64,000 bases of DNA from Candidatus Acidiferrales bacterium (GTDB lineage: Bacteria; Acidobacteriota; Terriglobia; Terriglobales; Acidobacteriaceae), in contig DATNLE010000379.1 of assembly GCA_035603035.1 (NCBI GenBank), positions 11,172 through 75,171 of the forward strand. Direction: 5' to 3'. The position numbers and the translations under genes are program-made. Shown in pieces: positions 1 through 8,090 of the stretch (position 1 is the stretch's first letter; every line of letters begins with the position of its first letter). The notes under the pieces were generated by a model. The model saw only the letters and a list, made by a program, of their open reading frames with translations. It did no database searches and was not told where the DNA came from.

Positions 1-1902
1 GACGGCATCCTGCTCCGCCCTGCTCCGACCCCCTGCGCCCGAGTTCGCCGTAGCAACTCTCGCTCCATTGCGCTTTATTTCCGTGGGCGTAACCGTCGCA
101 CCAGGAATAATCCTCAGCTTGACGGCCCGTCCCAGAACCCCGCTAGCCGAGGCAATCGCAAGTCGCCGGGCGTCTGCGCCCAGAGACATATCAACCACGG
201 TCTGAGACTCCGACACCTTGATCACCACTTCGTTCCCTTCCACCGACCATTCGCCCGCCTCCAGCATTGAGACGAGGATCCGCTGATTGCCATCCAACAG
301 CGCCTGCAGCATGGAGCTTCGCAGCCTCTCGATAGGCACGGCAGCCAGGGTGCTTGCGGGTTGGACTTGAGAAATTGGCGTCGCGGTCCGCAGTTGAGCT
401 TCAAGTTGCGGACTTACTGCGGATTCACACTGAGCCTCCGGCCGCGCACTGATCTGAGGTTCGGGCGCATCCTCGCCGAGAGTTGCAGGTGCGGTTGCGC
501 CCATAATCACATGCGTAGATGAGTTTCGCATCGCGATTGTATGCGGCACTTCGGGAGAGATCGGATCGGCAGAACGCGGCTCGACAGAAAATTCCTGCCG
601 CGGGCCACTTTTGCGCGCGGAATCAGCTGCGAACGGCGAAACATGATTCGGATGAGACGGCGCAACCGCCTCGCTGCGTCGTGCTTCGGAGGCGCCCGAG
701 GTCGCCGCGATGATTGAAGGCCGCGCGACTCGGGAGGCGTTAGCTCCAGTGCTGGGAAGGCTCGAAGAACTTGCCATATCACTAAGCAATTGCTCGATGG
801 GCAACAAGCGCTGCGCGTGCGCCATCTTGAGCAGGCCGAGCTCAAGATGAAATCGCTGCTCCTGCTTATATCCGAGTTCGCCATGTGTCCGCAGCATGAT
901 CTGAAGGTGACGAGTGAGATCTTCCTCGCCAAACAGTGCCGCCACGCGCTCCACGCGCTCCCGCTCTTCGCTGGAGATTTGCAGCAGGGAAGAGTCCTTG
1001 CCCGCGATCTTGGCCACCGTGGCATTGCGTAGGAACCGAACCATCTGGCGCGCGAAGTGGGTCGGGCTATGGCCTTCGCTGATCAGCTGGTCGACTTGCC
1101 GCAGCACCTCTCCACTGGCGCTGCGCGCAATGGCTTGCATCACTTCTTCGAGAATGTGCGCAGGTGCGGCTCCGACGAGGTTGCGCACAGAGTCGGCCGT
1201 GATTCTTCCGCTCGCTGACGCAATCGCCTGATCGAGGATCGACAGCGCGTCGCGCATAGAACCATCGCCAGCCTCGGCAAGTAAGGCAAGAGCGTCGTCA
1301 TCCGCTTCAATGTTTTCGCGGCCGACCAGATCGCGAAGCTGTCCGACGATGGCATCGAACTTTACCGCGCGGAAACTAAAATGCTGGCAACGCGAGCGGA
1401 TGGTTTGCGGAATATCCTCTGGCTGAGTGGTTGCCAGCATGAAGACGATGTGGTCGGGCGGCTCTTCCAGCGTCTTGAGCAGGGCGTTGAAGGCCGCGTC
1501 CGTAATCTGGTGCGCCTCATCAAGGATGTAAATCTTAAAGCGGTCGCGCGCCGGACGGTAACGCGCAGCTTCGCGCAGTTCCCGAATTTCGTCAATGCCG
1601 CGGTTAGTCGCGGCGTCGATCTCGATCACGTCAACCGCATTCCCGGCGCGAATCTCGGTGCAGGATACACACACGCCGCAGGGTTCAGGGACCGGTCTAT
1701 CGGTAGAGCGGCAATTCAAGGCAGCGGCCAGAATGCGTGCCACAGTTGTTTTTCCAATGCCGCGATGGCCGCTGAAAATGTAGCCATGGGCGGTCCGTCC
1801 CTGCTCCAGGGCGTTCTGCAAGGTGCGGGTGACGTGCTCTTGTCCGATAACCTCGGAGAAGTTCTGCGGACGGTATTTTCGTGCCAGGACGGTGTAGCTC
1901 AT
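1..1902 (-). CDS. dnaX: DNA polymerase III subunit gamma/tau (N-terminal ~634 codons; C-terminus runs off the left edge)
   Basis: Absent from the ORF track because no stop lies in the window. Manual reverse translation from ATG 1902-1900 gives MSYTVLARKYRPQNFSEVIGQEHVTRTLQNALEQGRTAHGYIFSGHRGIGKTTVARILAAALNC. It has Walker A GHRGIGKTT, zinc module CGVCVSC, Walker B ILDEAH and sensor SRC, followed by a low-complexity tau-like tail that stays open to position 1. Confidence 0.9.
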   Translation of the reverse strand, partial: MSYTVLARKYRPQNFSEVIGQEHVTRTLQNALEQGRTAHGYIFSGHRGIGKTTVARILAAALNCRSTDRPVPEPCGVCVSCTEIRAGNAVDVIEIDAATNRGIDEIRELREAARYRPARDRFKIYILDEAHQITDAAFNALLKTLEEPPDHIVFMLATTQPEDIPQTIRSRCQHFSFRAVKFDAIVGQLRDLVGRENIEADDDALALLAEAGDGSMRDALSILDQAIASASGRITADSVRNLVGAAPAHILEEVMQAIARSASGEVLRQVDQLISEGHSPTHFARQMVRFLRNATVAKIAGKDSSLLQISSEERERVERVAALFGEEDLTRHLQIMLRTHGELGYKQEQRFHLELGLLKMAHAQRLLPIEQLLSDMASSSSLPSTGANASRVARPSIIAATSGASEARRSEAVAPSHPNHVSPFAADSARKSGPRQEFSVEPRSADPISPEVPHTIAMRNSSTHVIMGATAPATLGEDAPEPQISARPEAQCESAVSPQLEAQLRTATPISQVQPASTLAAVPIERLRSSMLQALLDGNQRILVSMLEAGEWSVEGNEVVIKVSESQTVVDMSLGADARRLAIASASGVLGRAVKLRIIPGATVTPTEIKRNGARVATANSGAGGRSRAEQDAV

Positions 1903-1959
1903 GGGCCGGAAGACACGATTATACGTGATGCGAGGCAGGACGCGCGCCCACCGCCAGCG

Positions 1960-3141
1960 TCACAAGACCAGCTTCTCAACTGGCCGCCGCGGGCTGGCTC
2001 GGGCCGGCAATGTCGGATAGCCCATGTAGAAAAGAAAGGTTGGCTGCCAGGAGGCGTCACCCAAGAGTTCAGCAAACATTTCAGCCCGGCGCCCCTCCTT
2101 TCCCAGCGCCTTCTCGTGGTCGATCATTTCCACTGCCTCATTGCAAGGGCGTCCGGCGAGACCGCGAGCTGTTGCCAGCAAATGTGCCCGCTGCCACAGG
2201 CGCCCTGCGCGCAGACAGTGCTCCTGGTCGTAGCGGTCGCGCACCGCGATGATGCCAATCAGGGGCGCACTCAGCATGAGGTCCGCATACGCATTCTTTG
2301 GGGTTCGCGAGGCAAACCAGCGCAGCGTCGACAACGGCATCATCTTGGCGATCGCAATCGCAGTTGGCGGCAGCCCCAAGACATCAATCGACAGGCCATC
2401 GCGAAATCTCTGGACCTCACTCCAGTTGACGCGAATCCACCGGTCGCTGCCCCGGTCGACCTCCGGGTCGGCATAGATTTCGGAGTTCGCCGCGGAGCTG
2501 ATTTCTACGATCTTCTTGCGTTCGGCATCCCCCGGGAAAAGAAAAATCCTGACGTCGACTTCGCCGTCAGCCAGCCGGCTCAGAGCGTCGATGAACGCCT
2601 GCGGGATCGGTTTCTGCGGGAGATAGGGACTGCGATTGGTATGGCGCCGCGGAATCGCATCGTACAACTCAGTTTCCTCACGTTTGCCCGGGTTGATGTC
2701 TACGCGTGCCACCAGCTTTGGCGTGGGTTCGGGGGGGATCGGCCCCAGCTTTCCGGGAAACGGCGTCACCCTCGCCTGGTAGCCATGGACGGCCGCCGCC
2801 AGCGCGAGGTTCTCAACAGCGCAGCCCATCCCGATGTGCTCTTCCCTTAAATACGGATCGAGCGCCCCGGTGTTTCTCTGGGTATCGAGGTACAACTCAA
2901 TCGACGAGTTCGTTACCTTGAACAGCCAGGGCTGCGTGTTGTGCGGACTCGCCGCAAGGATCGCGGCGCGCACCAGCGCGACGGCACCCTCGCTCGAATG
3001 GTTGCGCCAGTCTTTCCAAGGTTCGTAAGCCGGTCCTTCGCCGACCCTGAACACGCCCTGGTCGTAGGCGCGCCAGACTCCGCCGCCCACAACTGCTACC
3101 GTTACAACTCCCGCGCCCTTCAGAAATGATCTCCGTTGCAT
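1960..3141 (-). CDS. Tat-signal nitroreductase-family (Acg-like) FMN oxidoreductase
   Basis: Track ORF 1960..3177. The internal ATG at 3141 yields MQRRSFLKGAGVVTVAVVGGG, a twin-arginine signal. The mature part carries the nitroreductase-like SPHNTQPWLF motif. Start 3141 versus 3177 is unresolved. Confidence 0.7.
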   Translation of the reverse strand: MQRRSFLKGAGVVTVAVVGGGVWRAYDQGVFRVGEGPAYEPWKDWRNHSSEGAVALVRAAILAASPHNTQPWLFKVTNSSIELYLDTQRNTGALDPYLREEHIGMGCAVENLALAAAVHGYQARVTPFPGKLGPIPPEPTPKLVARVDINPGKREETELYDAIPRRHTNRSPYLPQKPIPQAFIDALSRLADGEVDVRIFLFPGDAERKKIVEISSAANSEIYADPEVDRGSDRWIRVNWSEVQRFRDGLSIDVLGLPPTAIAIAKMMPLSTLRWFASRTPKNAYADLMLSAPLIGIIAVRDRYDQEHCLRAGRLWQRAHLLATARGLAGRPCNEAVEMIDHEKALGKEGRRAEMFAELLGDASWQPTFLFYMGYPTLPARASPRRPVEKLVL

Positions 3142-3318
3142 ACGGGACTCCCGCCTGTGCTTGGCCCGGTGAGCCACACAACTATACCTCCGTGACGCAG
3201 TCGCCGCAGTCCCAGCTTGCTAAAACCCGGGCGCAAGCGATAGGCTAGTGCGTCAACCCGGAATGCGGGAGCGGCCCTAATCCCAACCGAATTTGATGTG
3301 GGCGGCAAAGGAGTGTCC

Positions 3319-3669
3319 ATGCAACTGAAGCTGGCAACGCGGACCAAGGATGGAATTCTGGTGGTGGATTGCAGCGGCCGGATCGTGTTTGGCGAGGAGT
3401 CTTCTCTGCTGCGCGACACGGTCAAAAAGGCCGTGTCGGAAAACAATCGCATCGTGCTGAATCTGGGCGAGGTAAATTACATCGATTCTGGCGGTCTGGG
3501 TACCCTCGTAGCTCTGCGCACCACCGCGCAAAACGCGGGCGGCACGATCAAATTGACGAACTTGACCAAGCGCGTGGACGATTTGCTGCAAGTGACCAAG
3601 CTGCTTACGGTTTTCGAGGTGTATAACTCAGAGGCGGAAGCCATCGAATCCTTCCGCAAGGCGGCTTAG
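3319..3669 (+). CDS. STAS-domain anti-sigma-factor antagonist (SpoIIAA/RsbV-like)
   Basis: ATG 3319 is preceded by AAAGGAG. MQLKLATRTKDGILVVDCSGRIVFGEE...NYIDSGGLGTLV matches the STAS fold, with the conserved Ser in DSGGLG. Confidence 0.8.
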   Translation: MQLKLATRTKDGILVVDCSGRIVFGEESSLLRDTVKKAVSENNRIVLNLGEVNYIDSGGLGTLVALRTTAQNAGGTIKLTNLTKRVDDLLQVTKLLTVFEVYNSEAEAIESFRKAA

Positions 3670-3748
3670 CTCGGCGCACGAGTCGGGGCATGATGACCGC
3701 AGAGCGGTCCGTGTGCATGAACTCCGCACCGCGCCCCTTTCCCCTTGA

Positions 3749-4672
3749 ATGCTTCCTCGCATCATCTTTCTGGTGGGCCTGCTGGTGAGTGCCAGCGGGC
3801 ACGTGTCTCCGCCGGTGGCGCTGGCGATGGGACTGGTATTTGGACTGACGTTGCCTCATCCCTACGCAGGCGAAGCGAGGACTGCCTCCAAATATCTTCT
3901 GCAAGCCTCCGTGGTGGGGCTTGGTTTCGGAATGAATCTGCATCAGGTCGTGCAGGTGGGGCGCAGCGGTTTCGTCTACACCATGCTGGGCATAAGCTTC
4001 GCCCTGCTGGCTGGGATGGGGTTGGGTGCGGTGCTAGGTGTCCCACGAGTGCCGGCATTTCTCATTTCCACGGGCACTGCGATTTGCGGCGGCAGCGCCA
4101 TCGCTGCTATTGGGCCGATTACTCAAGCCAGCGACGAAGAGATGGCGATAGCGCTGGGAACTGTATTCGTGTTGAACTCCGTGGCGCTGCTGATTTTTCC
4201 CGCCATCGGCGCGGCGCTCAAACTCACCCAATCGCAATTTGGATTGTGGGCGGCCCTTGCCATTCATGACACTAGTTCGGTCGTGGGGGCTGCGGCCAGA
4301 TATGGCGCCCTAGCATTGGCTATTGCAACCACGGTGAAATTGGCGCGCGCAATGTGGATTGTTCCACTCTCGATTGCGACGGCTGTGGTGCGAGGCGCCA
4401 AAGCGAAGATTCAGTGGCCCTGGTTCATTGGCCTGTTTTGCCTTGCGGCGGTCTGCAACACCTATCTCCCGGGCGGAACCCACGCCTATTCTCTCGCCGT
4501 GGCGATTGCAAAGATCGGCCTGACGGCGACTCTCTTCCTTATTGGCAGCGGCATCTCGCTAGCGACAATCAAACGCGTGGGCCATCGGCCGCTGCTGCAG
4601 GGAATTATCCTATGGCTGTTGGTCTGTGGGGGATCGCTGTGGCTGATTCGCATGGGATGGATCGCGCTATGA
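3749..4672 (+). CDS. YeiH/UPF0324-family integral membrane protein (putative sulfate exporter family)
   Basis: 307 aa and strongly hydrophobic with multiple TM segments. The STGTAICGGSAIAAIGP motif is typical of the YeiH family. Confidence 0.7.
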   Translation: MLPRIIFLVGLLVSASGHVSPPVALAMGLVFGLTLPHPYAGEARTASKYLLQASVVGLGFGMNLHQVVQVGRSGFVYTMLGISFALLAGMGLGAVLGVPRVPAFLISTGTAICGGSAIAAIGPITQASDEEMAIALGTVFVLNSVALLIFPAIGAALKLTQSQFGLWAALAIHDTSSVVGAAARYGALALAIATTVKLARAMWIVPLSIATAVVRGAKAKIQWPWFIGLFCLAAVCNTYLPGGTHAYSLAVAIAKIGLTATLFLIGSGISLATIKRVGHRPLLQGIILWLLVCGGSLWLIRMGWIAL

Positions 4673-5082
4673 AACAGAAAAGTAAAGGCTCACCAGAGAG
4701 TGGAAGCAAGAGGCATCCCGAGAAGTCGGTTCCAGACTCTTCTCCCGATCAAGCGTCGAAGACGCGGCAGCGCATAGAAGCCGTCATTCGGCGCATCCCC
4801 AAAGGTAAAGTATCGACTTATGGAGTAGTTGCGCGAGTGGCAGGACTTCCGGGGGCGGCGCGACAGGTTGCGAAGGTGTTGCAGCGGGGCTTCGAATTGC
4901 CCTGGCAGCGCGTGTTAGGGGCAGGGGGAGAAATCAAGCTCCGAGGCGATTCCGCTATCGAACAGCGACTGCGACTGGAAGCCGAAGGGGTGCGCTTCCG
5001 CGGCCGGAGGGTGGATATGAAGTTGTGCGAGTTTAAGTTTGCCGGGATGATTGCTGCAAAGCAGAGGTCAAAGAAAAAGTGA
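4669..5082 (+). CDS. MGMT-family DNA-binding protein, alkyltransferase-like (ATL; active-site Cys replaced by Trp)
   Basis: The internal ATG 4669 of track ORF 4354..5082 overlaps the upstream stop (ATGA). KGKVSTYGVVARVAGLPGAARQVAKVL...LPWQRVLGAGGEIKL resembles the O6-alkylguanine transferase DNA-binding domain, but PWQRV stands in place of PCHRV. Confidence 0.7.
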   Translation: MKQKSKGSPESGSKRHPEKSVPDSSPDQASKTRQRIEAVIRRIPKGKVSTYGVVARVAGLPGAARQVAKVLQRGFELPWQRVLGAGGEIKLRGDSAIEQRLRLEAEGVRFRGRRVDMKLCEFKFAGMIAAKQRSKKK

Positions 5083-5196
5083 GGTAGCTCGGCGGTGAAA
5101 TCCTTTGCTCATTGACCAGTCAGATCTCGGCGCCGAACCCGCCGCGCGGCCGAAAATGATTAGGCAGGAACCGTCCCGCCGAAGGCCGAGAAGCAG

Positions 5197-5622
5197 CTAG
5201 GTCTTGCCCTTGAACTGCTCGTCTATCTCAACTTGATATCCCGTGACCATCTTATTGGTCTCATTGGCCATGCCGACCACGGCCATTAACTCCTTGAACA
5301 TCGCATCGGTCATACCTTTTTTCTGTGCCGAGACGGTGTGCGAAGCGATGCAGTAGTGGCACTGATTGGTCACGCTCACCGCGATATAGATCATTTCTTT
5401 GGTCAACGGATCCAGCGCGCCGGGCGCCATGATCTGCTTGATGTCTTCCCAAGTGCGCTTGAGCGTGGCTGGATCGTGGGCGATCGCCTTCCAGAAATTG
5501 TTGATCCAGTCCGTCTTCCGCGTTGCCATAATGTCGTCGTAGACCGCGCGTACTTCGGGGCTGGCGTCTTTGTATTCGATGAGGCCGAGCGTTGCCATGA
5601 GTTCTCCGGTTGCGGAAGTCAA
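5197..5622 (-). CDS. Carboxymuconolactone decarboxylase (AhpD-like) family protein
   Basis: 141 aa. It carries the AhpD-like CxxC..H motif (QCHYCIASH) and an alpha-helical CMD-type sequence. Confidence 0.75.
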   Translation of the reverse strand: MTSATGELMATLGLIEYKDASPEVRAVYDDIMATRKTDWINNFWKAIAHDPATLKRTWEDIKQIMAPGALDPLTKEMIYIAVSVTNQCHYCIASHTVSAQKKGMTDAMFKELMAVVGMANETNKMVTGYQVEIDEQFKGKT

Positions 5623-5705
5623 ATCACCACCGAGTCACGGAGCAAACCTTCTTTACGGTTTGCCTTCTCTGCGTCTCTGTGACTCTGGGGTGGATAAGGT
5701 CTTAG

Positions 5706-6599
5706 TTACTTCGGCACTTCTCCGCTCAGCAGTTTCCCCAATGCCGCTGCCGGACAGCGCACTCCTACATAGAACTGGCCGAACAGTGCATACACGGCGC
5801 TTACGTGATCGAAGCGCATCTCGTAAATCAGCTTCTTGAAGACCAGCGGATCGTCGGCAAAAAGGTCGACGCCCCACTCCCAGTCATCGAAGCCGATTGA
5901 GCCGGTGATAATCTGCTTCACTTCGCCGGCATAGCGGCGGCCCACTAGTCCGTGATCGTTCATCTGCCGGGCGCGCTCCTCGAGGGGAAGTGTGTACCAG
6001 TTTTTCTCTTCGCCGCGCCGCCGGTCCATGGGATAAAAGCAAATGTAGCGGTGCCGTGGAATTTCAGGGAACAGCCGCGGATGCATCGCCTCGCGATGCC
6101 GTGCGAGTTTGGATTCGATTTCTGCCTTCCACTGCTCGGAGTGCGGCTGAATCCCCTGCGCCGTGAGCTCTTTATAAATTTTGAGCGTGGAGTCGTACAG
6201 CCCGAGCTCGATGATTGACAGATAAGACGACGTGGGTTCGAAGTACTCACTCAGGCGCAGGCCGGCGAGATTTAGTTCCGCTTGATTGAGGTCGGCAAAG
6301 GAATTGCGGAAGTGTACAAGCATCAGGTCGCCTTTGTGGCCGATCAGCGAAAAGAGTGCGGATTGTCCTCCTGGTCTTTGTTCCATTTCGCCCAACGCTG
6401 AAGCCGCTTCCTGGGTGATTGCTGATCTGGTTCCCTCAGGCAGAGCTCGCCAGGCTGTCCAGCGAAACCGCATCATCTGGTGCAGCACGCTGTAGCCTTC
6501 GGTAGTCAGCGGAACTTCAGGAATCTCAGCCGATTCGGTTTGCGGACGTATGTGAGGAGTCGTGGTCGTTGTCATCGGATTCTCACGGTTTGTGCTCAT
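5706..6599 (-). CDS. hemQ: Chlorite-dismutase-family coproheme decarboxylase (HemQ/ChdC)
   Basis: The 297-aa ORF has a HemQ-like pattern (FYPMDRRRGEEKNWYTLPLEERARQMNDHGLVGRRYAGEVKQIITGSIGFDDWEWGVDLF). Confidence 0.75.
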   Translation of the reverse strand: MSTNRENPMTTTTTPHIRPQTESAEIPEVPLTTEGYSVLHQMMRFRWTAWRALPEGTRSAITQEAASALGEMEQRPGGQSALFSLIGHKGDLMLVHFRNSFADLNQAELNLAGLRLSEYFEPTSSYLSIIELGLYDSTLKIYKELTAQGIQPHSEQWKAEIESKLARHREAMHPRLFPEIPRHRYICFYPMDRRRGEEKNWYTLPLEERARQMNDHGLVGRRYAGEVKQIITGSIGFDDWEWGVDLFADDPLVFKKLIYEMRFDHVSAVYALFGQFYVGVRCPAAALGKLLSGEVPK

Positions 6600-6698
6600 C
6601 TAGATTCAATGTCCATTGTACGCAAAGAAATGGAGGCAAACGAATGGCCGCAGCAAGTCCACGATTTACAATCATCCTGGCGTTCAGGGCCAAAAGTC

Positions 6699-7973
6699 AT
6701 GCGCAGACTGATTTTATTAGTCGTTGCTGTCCTTTCCTTTGCACTTTCGTTGCCCGCGCAGAATAAGCGCCTATGGGTTTTACGCGCGCCGGGCGAGGCG
6801 GTAGAGTATGACTCAGCAAACTTCGCGGAGAAGCAGACGGTTAAGATTCCCAGGGAAGCCGCCGCGTCACCGCAGAATTTTGCCATCAATCATCTGGGGC
6901 AGATGTTGTTTGCCATGCCCGCGGCTTTGCCGCTCCTCGAGGGCGATCTCTCCGCCGAGCGGAAAGTCTGGCTCTGGGATGGCCGCACGGCGACCACAAT
7001 TTCACGCGACGTCGCCCGAACTACGTCAACAGCGGGTTCGAATCTTGCCATCACCGAGTCGGCTACTACGCCATTTCTCTCGGCGGATGGAATCCATCTT
7101 TACTGGTTTTCGAACCATGCGCGGCGCCTGCAGCGCGATGGCGTGGATCTTTCCACCAAGACCACATGGTTGAGCTGGGAAACGGACCTCGCCGAGGCCG
7201 GGCGTCAGGACATTGCATCGATCACGTTGCCCGATTGCACCTGCACGACCGGAGGGTGTGAGGAAACGTGCGCTTACGGGAAGGCCTGGGTTCCTGATGA
7301 AGGCATTGGCAAGTTTTTCTTGCTGACGCAGTTTGTGGAGGGACAGACCCAAGCAACTTACAAGTCAACGTCGGTCTACGAGGAGAGCGCGGGCAACTGG
7401 ACTGCAACGCCAATCGATCCCTCGCTCCGGCGAGTGCTGGACGCCGCGAATGCCGCCACGATTCTGGAAGCGGTTCCCGACACGGGGTGCTGCGGATGGT
7501 CCAACGAGAGCGATGATCAAGCTCTGCTGCGTCTCCGCGACAAAACGCTGGCTGTCTTCGATGAGCTTGCCGCGTATAAAAACCCTGACTACGACGTGAG
7601 CTTCTACACCCAGAACGGCAAACTGTCGCCCGATCTCGGGTCGGTGGCGTTGACGATAAATGCCACCGCTAAGCCAAACACGGCGATTCAGCTCGCCGAA
7701 CAGGGACAGGCCAATCCTGCAGAGTCACAGCGTATTCGCAAGGCTTTGCAGGATCTTCCGGCGGTTGAGGTTAAGAGTGTAAATGTGAAGAACACTGAAG
7801 ACACGCCGCGACGCCTCGCTTTTCTGCCCCATGTAACCCTGGTGGGCTGGATCAGCGATACAGAGATCCTCATTGTCGAGGACCACTTGCTGGTGGCCTA
7901 TAACGTCGCGCGTGGGAGCCGTAGAAAATCCAATATTCGCGTGGAAGATTACGAGCACGTTTTTCTGCGCTGA
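6699..7973 (+). CDS. Secreted hypothetical protein with Cys clusters
   Basis: The internal ATG 6699 gives the signal peptide MRRLILLVVAVLSFALSLPAQ. The protein contains CTCTTGGCEETC and DTGCCGW motifs. No family recognised. Confidence 0.6.
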   Translation: MRRLILLVVAVLSFALSLPAQNKRLWVLRAPGEAVEYDSANFAEKQTVKIPREAAASPQNFAINHLGQMLFAMPAALPLLEGDLSAERKVWLWDGRTATTISRDVARTTSTAGSNLAITESATTPFLSADGIHLYWFSNHARRLQRDGVDLSTKTTWLSWETDLAEAGRQDIASITLPDCTCTTGGCEETCAYGKAWVPDEGIGKFFLLTQFVEGQTQATYKSTSVYEESAGNWTATPIDPSLRRVLDAANAATILEAVPDTGCCGWSNESDDQALLRLRDKTLAVFDELAAYKNPDYDVSFYTQNGKLSPDLGSVALTINATAKPNTAIQLAEQGQANPAESQRIRKALQDLPAVEVKSVNVKNTEDTPRRLAFLPHVTLVGWISDTEILIVEDHLLVAYNVARGSRRKSNIRVEDYEHVFLR

Positions 7974-8090
7974 ACACCTTCACCGGTCGCAAATCTGGAT
8001 GCCTGGTCGGCAGAGCTTGCAATCGCGTAAAAAGCGCAAAAAGCTCGTGTTCATTGACTTGACAGGCTCACCGACGTAGGATTTTGCCAC

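Noticed and set aside
1-1902. Programmed -1 frameshift site (A AAA AAG) for a gamma subunit in dnaX
   Set aside because: I did not see the heptamer (CTTTTTT on the plus strand) in the part of the gene inside the window. The 3' end of the gene is outside the window, so this stays open.
1381-2850. 489-aa plus-strand ORF, the longest ORF listed in the first 3 kb
   Set aside because: It lies antisense to dnaX (motif-rich on the minus strand) and to the nitroreductase gene. Its product is Arg/Ala/Gly-rich with no motifs, which is typical of a shadow ORF in GC-rich DNA.
7034-7044. GGGTTCGAATC, a tRNA T-arm-like string
   Set aside because: It is embedded in a CDS with no acceptor, D or anticodon arms around it. 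I found no tRNA-like cloverleaf in any intergenic region.
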